Part shown: positions 27,948 to 41,200 of the stretch, piece by piece
Position numbering within the stretch: the first letter of the stretch is position 1
Layout of the letters: each line of letters begins with the position of its first letter
Source of the DNA: Epiperipatus broadwayi
Lineage: Eukaryota; Animalia; Onychophora
Assembly (NCBI GenBank): GCA_028023455.1
Contig: JAQFVV010000001.1
Coordinates: 16,864,001 to 16,928,000, forward strand
DNA: 64,000 nt
Direction: 5' to 3'
Notes under the pieces: model-generated
Databases searched by the model: none
What the model was told of the DNA's origin: nothing
Seen by the model: only the letters and a program-made list of their open reading frames with translations
Program-made: the position numbers and the translations under genes

Positions 27948-30900
27948 ACTTTAGTAATTGAGTATCCTATAACATTATAATAGAATTAAAAAAATTAAAA
28001 TTTATAATAAAAGGTAAAAAGCAACAAATAATAATTATTTTTTAATTGTTGCCTCGAGAAGTTCTTTGAGCTAGCAAAATCGACGTTTTAAAGGCAAACA
28101 TGTACAAGGAACTATTCAATTAGTTTTAATGCAAAAGCAGGAACTTTAGAAATTAGGGATAAATGAATTGATGTAAAATTAGATTGTGTAAAATAAAACG
28201 ACAAAATAAAACATATAATTATAGAATGGGCTCTTGGAACAGGGAAAACAATAGATATTTAATTATGAGAAAATAGAGTAAATAGAAATGGAAAAAGAAG
28301 GAATAAGTTATTGAGGATTGAAAAGGTAAATAAAATGAAAGAAATAATAATAAAAGTTGTTTGCAAAATAAAGAATTGCTTGAAAAAAGAAGCATAATTC
28401 TAAGGATTTTTAAAAAAAATGAAGCTGGATAATATGTTATATTTTGTCTCTCATCAGATGTTCAATCTATATGTTTTAATTTTTAGTGCTTTTTTAAAAT
28501 CATTTTTATAAATTTATAATCTCAGTGACGTAAGGATGATGATGCCCTTTAAATTATTGTTTCTTTCCCCAAATTGTTGTAGAGAGTGTAAAACTTTTGA
28601 TTAAATTTAATTCTTATTTAATGATATAAGAACTCATTAAAATTTATGATGTAATTATAAAATTAAGATCGTCCAATATATTGTTAAAAAGAGGGCAATC
28701 AGCAGGTAAACCACTATCAATGATATGTATTATCAATTGATCATAGTAAGCTGATACCTGGTTATGTTATGAGTACTTACTTTCAGAAATATATATATAT
28801 ATTGTAACAGCAAATACTGCTGGAATCTGATTTCTCAAATATTCCATGTATTTGGGTGGCAAAAACTGTACCACACATATAAAGATAATAGGAAGTGAAG
28901 TTGGCTTTTCTTATTTAATATTTCCTACAAACTGAATAAGCCAGAACTGTAACTATAAATAATAGATCAATAATAATAAATCTCTCACTTCTGGCCAGCT
29001 AAACTTATAAAATATTAAATGTATTTTATATCTAAGATTCTTCTATTATACATATGCATATTTCAAATAAATATTCATCAAAATCGAAGGGGCATTTTAT
29101 TGACCTCAAAATATATTTAGAATAAGTAAACAAATAATCGTAAACATTCTTTAAGATAACTGTCATCCTTTTCCCTTTTATATTACAATATTGTAATATC
29201 TAATATCAATTTCATATGGCTAGGCAAAAGAAAACATTAGTGTATGCATATTTACTATTTCAGGGTAAATATTAAAATGCCATAGTGAATCTAATGAATG
29301 TAACACAAAATCAATGATAGGTGTCTACCTTATAAAGAAAATATACAAAAACCAAATTTAATAAAAAATATATACATTTTATAGACATTTAGGTGAATTC
29401 ATATTATGTTAATAACAAATGTATTTATGAAATTATAACAGCTTTTCAGAGTATTAAAGAAAAAAAATCCAAAGTGAAAAGGTGCTATTATGTTCAACAC
29501 TGTTGTCTATAAACTGAAAAAAATATCTTAACAGGTTATATAAAAAAATATTATAATTATTTGCTAATAAAATAAATAACTAGTTTAGAATATAGTTTCT
29601 ATACATACCTCACAGGTAAAAGTTTCTTTTAATAATACATCAAACTTATTTACTGATAAAAAATATAATATAGGAAGCTTATAACCAAACTAACTTATGA
29701 TCACAAGTAATGGCTTATTTAACAAGTGACAAAAGTAAAGTAAATATTACTTCATGTATATTCTCTTTCAACTTATAATAAGAGGAATTTTATCATTTCT
29801 TACGTAAAGACAAAATAGCTGCACAATGAGAGGAATTCATAACTCTCAGATAAAACAAATTTTTAATACAAAGAATTAAACATCTCTTATACAAATAAAA
29901 AATTATACATATTACCACATATGGCAATGCCAAGTATACAAAGGCTACTATTCAAATCATTCACCTAACAAATTAAGTTTACCAATGCCTGTATCATTAA
30001 CAATTCACTAGGTATTAATAGATTTCCTTTTGCCATGGAATGATGTATTCATAAGTTTTAAAGTTTGTAATGATAATACATTTTAATAATCATTATAGAA
30101 CTCCTAATAAGCATAACCATTCACACCAAAATTATTATATGGGATGTTTGCAAACACATATTACATATGAAACAAAAAAAAAATTGTTAAAATATTACCT
30201 TTGTTATTTTTAAAGAATGTTTTTTTGGGAGATCTAAGAGAGAAAAAAATGCATAGCAACAATTTATAATAAAATTATTATTGATAGAAATAATGTCTTT
30301 ATTTATTTTTTTAATCTAAAGTCCTAATTTCAAAGGTCATTTTCAAATCTTTCTTTTTAATTTAATCTGACATTTCAATGGGTTTTACCAGTGATAATTG
30401 TTGACAAAATAAGAAAGCAAGCTTTACTGGAAGAAAGTTCATTCTTGTTAAATTTGAAAAGTTCTAGGTAAAAAGTCTGTTGTTCCCAAAACTTGTTTAC
30501 ATGATTACAGGTAGATGTAAAATTTAACAATTCTTGAAAATGTTGATAAACTATTAATTGTTCCATGCAGTAATATTTTTCCTCCAGATAGCTTTAAAAT
30601 GTAACTTCTTCAAAGTTTAGAAAAGATAGATTTCCTTTTTGTTAGATAAGTTTTTATTTTAGATTAGGCTTTTGTTTTATTTTAACATTATGCCATGGAG
30701 ACTTAGCAGTCATGTAGGCAACTGGAATGGAGACTTCACAAGCCCCTTTGAACTTTCTTTATCTAGCTGACTATCATGGTTAATAATTTTATTATTATTG
30801 CCATTTTTTAAAAACTATAATAAAAGAAGACGATCTATTTGGATCAAAAGTTTCTTATCAAGTCTCAAGTTTTTTTTTGTTAAGAGTAAACAACCCTCAT

Positions 30901-32197
30901 TACTGCAAACTTAAGGACATCCAAAATTAATATAGTTGTCTTTTAGAAACCATGCAATGCTCAAATTTTTCATTGTTTACTTTGCATACTCATAGACACA
31001 CCTTGAACATTTGTTTTCAAACGCTTTGCATTCAACTATTTCTAAAATTAACTTTAATATTAACAAAATATAATACAAATATAATTAAAATAATTAATTT
31101 TTATATAATTTTATTAAATTTAAGTTTTATATCTCTCTTGTTCTTGTAAATACATATCAGGACACAATTATTCTTTGACATATATTAAAACTAAAATAAT
31201 TGTCTATATAATTTCAGTTGTTCCTTTTTTATATTTAAAAGAACTTATTCACTCAAATGTGAATAAAAGATTTTAATCTCAACAAAATGAAAAACATCTT
31301 TACATGTGAAACAAATTTTGACTGCAGCATTGTACTTGTTTAGTAAATATTTGAAAGAACTATATACAATAAAAATGAAAAAAAAAAACTTTTAAAGATC
31401 ATGTATATCCCTATTTTTTTAATTCACAGTAAGTCAATAAAAGAAATAATAACAGGGAATAATCTATAGCAAAGGGTATTAATTTACAGGATCAAAACAT
31501 CTCACTACAACAAGTAAGTTATTTTAAGTATTAACTTAATTACATATTTTCTCTATTTCTTTCTCATTTATAAGGAACAAATACATAAATTACATCATTT
31601 TATGGCATGATGTTTTAATAAACATTAACTTTATATTAAAATGCTTTCTTACTACTTATTAAAATCATATATATATATATATTTACAAACATATTTCTCA
31701 AAACAAGAAAGCAATAAATTAGATAATAATAAATTGCACATATTAGCAAATATAGCTACTTGATTTTAACTAAGTTTATGTACAGACTAATTTTATTTTA
31801 ACCTGCTTGTATTGGATAATAAATCAAATTAAGCAAAACATATTTAAATTCATAACAATGCTATAGGCATTGGTCCTTCAGAATTGTAGGATTCCCTTTT
31901 ATTAACTATAAACTCAAATATAGGTAAGAGATTTTTGAAAAGAATAGAAGCTATCAATATAAAGACCATCACTTCAAATTTCATTTTTACTGGATATTTA
32001 TAAAACAGATCAAGATTATTACACAAATTACATAAAAATTGAATACACACTCAACTTCAAGCCTACTTAAAATACAGATTCTTTATACCAAACAAAATTT
32101 CTACCATCTTCTTGACCATGAGTCAAATATTCTCAACTATTCACACATTTTAATGTATTTTGATAAACTACACTTTTGAAATCTACACTATTATAAA

Positions 32198-32740
32198 TTA
32201 AACACTTTGAATTGACCCTGCCATCATATTAGCCATGGATTGACAAGAGCACTTTTCAAATAGTTTTTTATAATCACACATACTCATATATAAGTTTATA
32301 CTATTTAAGTCACAAAAATACACTTTATTTATGCACATCTTATGACAACCTATACCATGTAATAGCCATGCATTTTCTTTAGCTTTACAATTCCTTATAT
32401 AAAAATTGAAATTGCTAACTTTATGATTATTGCATAAATAAAACTTGTCAGAATCCCCGGTACACTCTTCAAAATATAACTTGTTTATATATTTCTTATA
32501 AAACTTAATTCCTTGCAGTAATTTTATATCTTCAATTATTTTATACTTCTCTTTGTTACCAAATTTTTTACATTCATAGTCATGTACCTTATGGTAGTAA
32601 AACCACTGAGCTTCTAAAATTCTTGTCTTTATAGGGAGGCCACTACTTTTGTAAACACTGTAAATAAGATAGATCACTATCTGGAGAAGGTTTATCATTA
32701 TACCTTTTATCTTGGGTCTCCTCAAACTCAAAGCTATCAT
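32198..32740 (-). CDS. Unknown Cys-rich 180-aa ORF, probably the open part of a longer frameshifted gene (about 31850-33050)
   Basis: Longest non-LINE ORF in the window, with 10 Cys and several His. Upstream frames encode a heptad coiled coil (ADNQALSAKLEVENQVLSAKLD) and an acidic linker. No family recognised. Confidence 0.4.
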   Translation of the reverse strand: MIALSLRRPKIKGIMINLLQIVIYLIYSVYKSSGLPIKTRILEAQWFYYHKVHDYECKKFGNKEKYKIIEDIKLLQGIKFYKKYINKLYFEECTGDSDKFYLCNNHKVSNFNFYIRNCKAKENAWLLHGIGCHKMCINKVYFCDLNSINLYMSMCDYKKLFEKCSCQSMANMMAGSIQSV

Positions 32741-34587
32741 TGTCTTCTTTGAGATTGTGATTTCTATTTTCTTTATATCTTAATCTAAATTATTTATCAT
32801 CATTTGACTAAATGTCTTGTGTCCAATCTTGAATACATTGTATTCATTCTGGCTTCAGCTTTAACTTCTTCAAATATAGGCATCTAATTTTGCACTTAAT
32901 ACCTGGTTCTCAACTTCCAATTTAGCACTTAATGCCTGATTATCAGCTTAAGCTTCAGCTCTTGCTTCTTTAAATTTAGCACTTAGCATCACTATCATGT
33001 CTTGGAAACATTTTTTTCATTTTGGTCTTGCTCATAAAATTCAAAATACAAGTTTGGGATCTCCCTGATATATCAAGATTAATATCACTTATACTTAGTA
33101 AAACAAAGCACAAAAATCCTTTTTTTAAATATAGATTTCTACAATATAATTCTAAAAGGCAAATAGATTTTTACTGCTGATTTTTGAATTGACCAATCAG
33201 AAGTTTAGAACTGTAATTCACTCAGCTAATAGGAATTTTGAACAATTAAAAAGTTGCATTAAAAATACAAAAAATAAAGTTATAACTTTACATGTTTATC
33301 AAGCCCCACATTGGGTATCAAATATATAATGGTAACTGGGGTATACAAGGTCCATGCCTATAATTGCATTGCCAAATCATATAATAGTATTTTGGGGAAG
33401 CAGATTATTTGAGTGTCCCACTGATTTGGGCAGCAAATTATATAACAGCAAGGATATGCATGATAGTTTTGTCATAAAGCCAAATTATTTATAATACATT
33501 TCTTAAAAAGGTATATCCCAGAAGCTCACTTGGTCAAACTATACCACAATATATGGTTAGTTATTCATTGGCATAAAAAATAAAATATAGGCATGGCTTT
33601 TTATACATATCAGCTTAGATAATAACATATGTAGTTAAACAGCTACCATCTATGATCCCTTAATTCCAATGGTGAAATAACATATACACTTATATAAAGG
33701 AGATAATGTCTCTTTCTATTATTCAAATCAGAATTCCAGTTACATAATATAGATAATCATTCATTTAAACTACACACCTAATTATTATTTAAATATAAGA
33801 GCATGAACATTATAAGTATCCTAAGATTATAATGACAATATTATTTCATAAATTTATTTTGGATCCAAAGGGTATTTTATTGTGCTGCAGATAAATTATT
33901 ATTATATAAAACTATAGTACTAACATTTTATATGTCAGGATATTTTAGATAAAGACAGGTGACTAATATTTGAGTGACCAAATATGTTGAAGTAGATAAT
34001 CTTATCTTTAAAGAAAATATTAAGTCCAATTAAAAAACAATCAAAATAAGCAAATTTATTTAAATTAAGAGAAAAATTATTAAATATGCTTAAAATTATA
34101 TATATAGTTTAATAATGAGGACTTTCCCTTTTAATTAAAATATCAAGATATTCACATATGTAGATTCAATGACTTATGAAATTATTACAGATACTCAAAT
34201 ACTGTGAATTTAATAAAATTAGACATAAACCATTATTGTCAATTATATTAATGATTTATAAACAAATGAATTTTCATAAATGTATATGTTTCCATTCAAT
34301 TGGTCAAATTGATATATTAATCTTAATATTTTTTACATAAGTATTTAACTTTACCAATGTCTCACTTTATTTGAAACATATCTTTAATGATGCACTGTTA
34401 TAAAATATTCTCAAGTTAAGCACACACACACATATTTAATAAAAAATAAGTTATTTATATCTCTTATTAATATGAGAGATTCACATCTTCTTATATTAAG
34501 TATATAATAAAATAGTCAGTCTGTAATCTAAAACATGTCTATTAACACATCATTTCAATTATATTCTTTAACACTCTTAAATCTTAA

Positions 34588-34931
34588 GCCAATAAACATC
34601 ACATGACCTTCTCTTATGCTTGTGTATAACTGTTGTTAAAACAGGCAAAACTCACTATATATATATATTTTGCCACACACAGCAAGCTAGAGTAATCAAT
34701 GGATGCCAGAAGGCATATGCATAAAATCTTCATCTAGTGCCTACTCATCCAATATCCCCAGACTAGTTTCTGGCTTATGGCCTTCATCAGTGAAGAGCCT
34801 TGGATCTGAGAGTACTGCATCTAGATCTTAGGATCACTAGATGAGGATTTTATGCATATGCCTTCTGGTATCCATTGATTACTCTAACTTGCTGTGTGTG
34901 GCAAAATATATATAGTGAGTTTTGCCTGTTA
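34588..34931 (-). mobile_element. Family-1 palindromic retroelement, copy 6 (best preserved)
   Basis: Tail on the left and arms within 34638-34930. Exact 13-bp TSD TCTTAAATCTTAA at 34575-34587 and 34932-34944. Confidence 0.85.
34755..34796 (-). ncRNA. Minimal type-I hammerhead ribozyme (family 1)
   Basis: Minus strand reads TCTTCA-CTGATGA-A-GGC-CATAA-GCC-A-GAAA-CTAG-TC/TGGGGA. It has a GUC cleavage triplet, a 6-bp stem I with two G-U pairs, and palindromic CTAG in stem III. Confidence 0.75.
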
Positions 34932-36385
34932 TCTTAAATCTTAAAAGAATAATCTACATTAATTTGATCAACCTTGGAAATTATTTATCAAACAAAATTT
35001 TAATCTCATAAATGCAAACCAATGTTTATGATTCTTTAGCCCTCCACCTCCACCCCCAATAATATTGTCAGTGCACTTAAACAACCCCTCTTCCCATTTG
35101 CAATACAATATGTTTGCAAAAAAAAATATTACTGACAACAGTAATAAATAAAATCTCTGTTATATTATACTATCATTTTTTTTATCAATGTTGTCCACAC
35201 AAACTCTATTTATTTTGTAACCAAATTATAAATTTGATCTCTTCTATGCTTTTTTTAAATGCACTGTTAGAAACATTGTATATATAGGTATAATTTCTTA
35301 CTTTACTTTTCTTTTTTTGAAAGCAGATGAAAGCAAAAGCTTTTATTAGGTCCTCCTTTCATTATGGATCCAAGGATTTAAAGACTGCACTGAATCAATT
35401 GATGCTGTGGAAATAGTCTGATCTCCAATGAACAAAATGATCATTGCTTGTGATGTTTAACATTGGCTTAGTCTTTGTTATTCTTCCCTGAGAATTGCCT
35501 AGAAGAAATGACAAATTGCAGCTGGAGTGAAGGTAAATCCAGGGTTGCCAAATTTATCTTTTAACCCACCATTCTTGTGGCCAGCAATACTTATGTGTCA
35601 TTTCTGTTATTTTCTTTCAATGAAGAGAAATAAATGAACTGCTAGTTTTGTGTGGTTGCTATATAAGATGCCTCAACAAAGTTTTTTGTCTCCCTTAACA
35701 ACAATTCTAACAGCACATGGAAACCAAAACATTGTTCAAACTTTAAAAATATAACACAAATCAGTTTATCTCTTATTTAAAGAAAGAGGAAAAATACTGA
35801 AATCAAATTTACAATGAATAATATTATGTATCCCTTTTAATTTTTTTTTAAAATTAACTTAATACAATAAATCAACAAACACTTTTGACAAATTTAAAAT
35901 ATAATGATATGCAATACATATTTATCTCTTTATATATATTAAATTTTTTCCCCACTTTTTTCTTTTTTGATTATTTTTTACATAACCAACCCTTGTTATT
36001 ATTTATTCAATCTATAATACATTTTATTATCTCCACATCATTTATTATTATAAAATATTAATAATAGAAAACACTATTTAAACAAAGTGTTTAATTATTA
36101 AAAAAATAGCCACCTGAGTTCGATTCTGTTATCAAACTCTTAATAATCTCATATCTTTTAGATGACATGATGGGGTAACTATATATATATGTAAAAAATT
36201 TAACAATGTAGTAGTGGTATAAGTGAATAATTATAATATATAACTTGTGCAGAAGTGCTTTGGATTTTAATAATGTTTATAGCTTAAGAAAGTCAAAGTA
36301 TTTATATATTATTAATTATTTGTGTTCTTATTATAAAGTTAAAATAATTATATATAGCATAGGTTAATTTATTACTTTCTATATA

Positions 36386-37702
36386 CACCCGGGTCTCATT
36401 TTATGCAGATTTATTTAATGTGATTTTGAAATCATGCGATTCATGATTCTTTTTAATAACTTTGTATGCGGTTTTCTTTTATGCGATAAAAATTATTTGA
36501 TCAGAAGTGAGCTCTGATAATGTTATTACTTTAAATATTATAAATTTCGTGCTTTCACATCACATTTAAAGTAATAGCCATTATCGGAGTTCGACTTTCA
36601 TCTAATAATTTCAATATTTTCAGCACTTTATAATAGTACTGTAATAGATTTTATGTAATAAAAAAATTCATAATTCACTTAAAATCAGAATTTCCCCATT
36701 TGATATACGCACATTAAATTTTACAAGACTATAATGTAAATCTGTTCAAACGTTATAGATGAAAAATGCTATGTTTGTTGTTGTTTTTGCATTTTAAATC
36801 ACGTTCAATTTTTGCTTTTTATAAAACGAGTATGTAATCAATTAATCATTTAGTGTCGCAAGTTTATTTTTAAAAGGTGAGTAGCAGTGGTAGCACAATT
36901 AAATTTGACAATTAAAATCTGATTTTTAATGATTTTTAATTGTAATTAACAATTTAAAAATTACATAACATGATCTGAAATTAATTTGATGTGAAACGAT
37001 GAAATTTGATTTTTAAATGGAATTGAAAATTAAAAAATTAAAGACAAAAATAAGAATTTAATTTTTGTTAGTTTTAATTAAATTTTGCCCAACAGTGGTG
37101 AATCAGTGTCTTTTTATTATCGTAAGTCTAAGTTCTTAAATTTTAAACTTTTAATTTACTCTAACAGAGAGAAAAAAACCCACCCAAGAAAATGAATTTC
37201 TTTGGAAACAAAAATTTCAATTTTAGATCACTTAGAGAAATGGGAAGTATCAACAGTGATTGGAAAACATTTTAGTTGTATTTTCTCTTGACTTCATTTA
37301 AGGAGAAGCTACAGTACCTCACATCACATCATGACGAATCTAATGTCTCAAATAGCGATAATAATTAAAATACCGCACATGTATGAAGAAAATGTAAATT
37401 ACGCATAAAAATATATTGTTTTGAATAAAATTAAATACTGTAGTTAATAAAAAAAGTAAAAAAAGTTTGTCTTGTATCAATTTTTTCCAAATTTGAAAAT
37501 TTTTATTAGCCATATTTTTTTATATTTTTTTTAATGCAAATTTTAAAGTAATTTTACATTGTTGCTTTGCTTTTATGCAATTTTTGGAAAATTACAGTCA
37601 GTATCCCCCATTTTTCAAGGTAAGTTACGTCTATTTTTGTGCGATTTCTTTTGTGCACATTTTCTGAGGAACCTATCTACCACATAAAATGAGACCCAGG
37701 TG
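36386..37702. mobile_element. pogo/Tigger-like non-autonomous DNA transposon
   Basis: TA-flanked TIRs CACCCGGGTCTCATTTTATG and CATAAAATGAGACCCAGGTG, plus Tigger-like subterminal GGAACCTATCTACCACATAAA. Confidence 0.8.
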
Positions 37703-39220
37703 TATATTAAAATATTTACTAAAAAGCAGTTACCATTCTATTATATAAGAGATCATTAATATTAGCTAGTTATGATATTATTTTTTGATTATGAATTGCC
37801 TTTTATAATACTATCAATATTTTTAATTTTATTATTTTTATTCCCTAGATTTATTACAATTGGTTAATGTTTCATAAGTACACTTCTTTCAGAAACATAA
37901 GCACTCACTAAATGTAATAATATACAACTTTAAATAATGAAGTGAAAAAGTAAACTAAAAGTTGGAAAACAATAACATACTGCCAATTAGCAGTTTTTTA
38001 AAGAATGTATTCAGACTCTTCCATAGTAAATAATTTATATTTTTTCTAGTATTCTAATATTATCAACATTAAGTAGGGACCTGCATGAAGCATGTCGTAT
38101 TTGATTTACCTTTGATTGCCATGTTTTAAAAGGATTTCTGGTTGGTTCTTTGCATTTTTTGACCATAATATATCATAGAGAATAGAAAAAGTGCTTTTAA
38201 AAATCACTAGTATAATCAATTTTAATATTACATGTTTATTTAATAATGTATCCGTGGAAGAAACATAAATTGTTATTTAACAATATAAAAAGCTTTCTAA
38301 TTTTATCAACGTTTTAAGAAAATGTTATCTAGAATATACAGTTTTTATTTAAAGCTCTCAAAATATGAACAATTCAAAGGCCTTCATTATTTTCTGCAAT
38401 CATTGATGAATTTTGTTTAAAAACAAGCAGTAATGCAGTCAGTTAATAAATCATTCTATTTGGTTTCAATAAAATGTTCTATTTGGCTTAAGATATATAT
38501 AGAGATGATACTAGGGAATAGATATATAAAAGATATAATACCATAGAATTGATGCTTTATATTAACTTTCAGTTTTTTAAAGCTAGTATCTTCACTGAAA
38601 TTGGAAAAAATAAATTGTTTTTTTTCACGATATTTTAATTAATTAAAAATCTAATGCATAAACATAAATCTCAACTTTCAGTCTCATCATTATCCTGTTC
38701 GTATTTTTATTTGACAAAATTTTTTTAGTTATGCTAATATTTCTCTGATTATCTTCTTAAAAAAAGTTAAAAACCTTCTTTCTGCTAATAATTACACTAA
38801 ATAAATTATTAAAAATTTTATATAGTAGTAATGAACATTATATAAAAAAAGAAAGAACAAAATTTGTTTTTTTCTGAAATCAGAATAATTGTTTCTATCG
38901 TAAAAGAATTACTGATAAGATTTAGAAGTCTTTTAAATTTAATATCAAAATATTTTTTTACACAGTTAAAACACTTGAAGATTTTTTTTTAAAGCCTAAA
39001 GACCAAGTCAAATATCAAGGAATTTATAAAATTATGTATTTTATTTATCAGTGAATCTAATCTACATAGAATCTACATATATCAGTTCAATATACATATT
39101 AACATAGAAGGTAAGAAATATATAAGCTTTCAGTAAAAGACATCCCTAAGTTTGATAATATTGAAATATTACTATAATTAAAAAATAGATGGCTGAAGAG
39201 TGGTGGGTTGGAGTAATTTG

Positions 39221-39509
39221 AAGCCTGTCGATTAAATTATGAAGATTGGCTATCTTAATATAAAGCTGAGCACTGATTATATATATTTGTGGAGATAGTA
39301 ATCTGGACCAACTGATGATTGCTATTTTAGCATGAAATACATGTATTGGTGGTTATTTATCTTTTCAACTTGTGTGTTTGATCAGGTGGGTCAGCAATAT
39401 GAGATGGCATGGTGAGTTGAGGATCATGTGAAAGTCTGAGTTTGAATCCCTTATATATTACAGTATATATGTGCAGGTGTGTGTAAGCCTGTACAGTGTA
39501 TTAAATTAT
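39221..39509 (+). mobile_element. Family-2 hammerhead-containing short retroelement, copy B
   Basis: Homologous to 27663-27947. Confidence 0.8.
39307..39350 (+). ncRNA. Minimal type-I hammerhead ribozyme (family 2)
   Basis: ACCAA-CTGATGA-T-TGCT-ATTTT-AGCA-T-GAAA-T-ACAT-G-T-A/TTGGT. Stem I is a perfect 5 bp and the predicted GUA cleavage site lies after 39345. Confidence 0.8.
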
Positions 39510-40139
39510 AATTAAAAAAGTATAATCAGTTTACTATGAGATAATCTATAAAAATTCTAAACAGAGTGGACAAGTTGACAAATTATATGACTTCTGAACA
39601 TATAAAGTGTGAATTGTGGTAATATGTTGGCTATGCAACTTTTTTTAACACAATTATTATAAAAAAGTAAAATAACATTTTTTAATTATTTAGCAGATAA
39701 AAATCGAAGTTTAAGGACACTTGAAGTGAATAAACAAATTAAAAAAATTAATTTTAATACAAGGTTTGAGAATGGGTTAACAGAATTTAGATCAGTAAGA
39801 ATTATAAAAAAAATATGATGTAAAATTAGTAATCATACAAGATAGTACTGACAATGTTGATTTTAGTGGCCACAGTTTGTGATTGTGGTAAGTGTGCTGT
39901 ATTACAGACAGGAAATTACAAAAGAATTTTTGCAGTATTGCTGATTGTAGAATATGATTGTATTCCATATAAGATTTGATTTCTTGTGTTTTTTTAATAT
40001 TAATTAGAATTGTCATAAAAAAATTTAAACTCACAAATTGGTAAAAACAAAAACATAAAAATAAAAATTAAAACTCAGTTCTGACAAAATAATTTGCACT
40101 TACTACTAAAGAAGTAAATTTTTCTGTCATAATGGGTTT

Positions 40140-40480
40140 CTCAGACATTACAGAGCCAGTAATTTGAAATAATGCAGTGATACAAAACAAAACCTCACTA
40201 AATAGATAATATACATTGTTGAAAATGCTCAGTAAGATAGCTGATGCAATATAGAATATTGCTTATTCTAAGCAGCCACATTGTAAGATGACTTTGTAAG
40301 AAAGACAATAACATAACATCAGCTTTGCACCACATTATAAAGAAATGTATCTCTAAAATCAATGCTGATGCTGAAAGCAGAATAATGCATTTATCTTGAT
40401 CTCGCCTTCTGAAAAATTTGTGATCATGAGGTAAAATATCCACCTGATAGGTTGTTCTTTTGGTTTCCTCTAATATAACT
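40140..40480 (+). pseudogene. Possible LINE RT fragment
   Basis: CIYLDLAF*KICDHE resembles the IYLDxxKAFDxVxH motif. Otherwise heavily decayed. Confidence 0.3.
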
Positions 40481-40899
40481 GTAAATAAAAAATAGATATA
40501 TTAGCACTAAAAATACACTATGATGTTGATATTTAAACTACACTTGATAAGCCTTAACATATCCTGATTTGTTACTGATGCAGCAGGTCAAACACCTGTA
40601 GAATGAAAGAATTAATTGAATTTATGAAAAATGATTATAATTTACTTAAACTTCTTACTATTCATTATATTTTATACAAACATCTGACATTTAGATAATG
40701 AAAATATTAATATTATCAAATCTGTTATTGAAACTATCATTTTCATATGTTTAAATGAGAAGATTCACCAACATTTCAAAATCCAATATCTCTTTTCATT
40801 GCATATAAAAAGAACACCAACCAGTAATACAAGATCCTAGGTTCCTTACTAATATAATAAATTACGCATGAATTCTAAACTTTGGCATTCCAATAGAAG

Positions 40900-41200
40900 A
40901 ATAATTTTGTTTCTGATCTTACTCAGATTGTTCAAGTTTTTAGAATAAATTAAAAGTTATTTTTAAGAGTCATATTTTTAACAATATAATAACCATAACT
41001 TAAAGAATGCACATATACTTCCTGATAATTTTTTATAGAATTCTTGCAGAAGATACTGCTTTATAGTGTTTTTAAATTTCTGGGGTACATAATTGTCTCC
41101 AGTGGAAATAAAATTAACAGAATTATAGGAGAGTATGAATATAAAGTTAACCTATAAAAATGACAGCCTACAATTGTGTTTTAAAAACAAATTTTAAAAA
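40900..41200 (+). pseudogene. Possible Gypsy RT fragment
   Basis: FLGYIIVSSG resembles the Ty3/Gypsy FLGHxIS motif. It is a single motif only. Confidence 0.25.
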
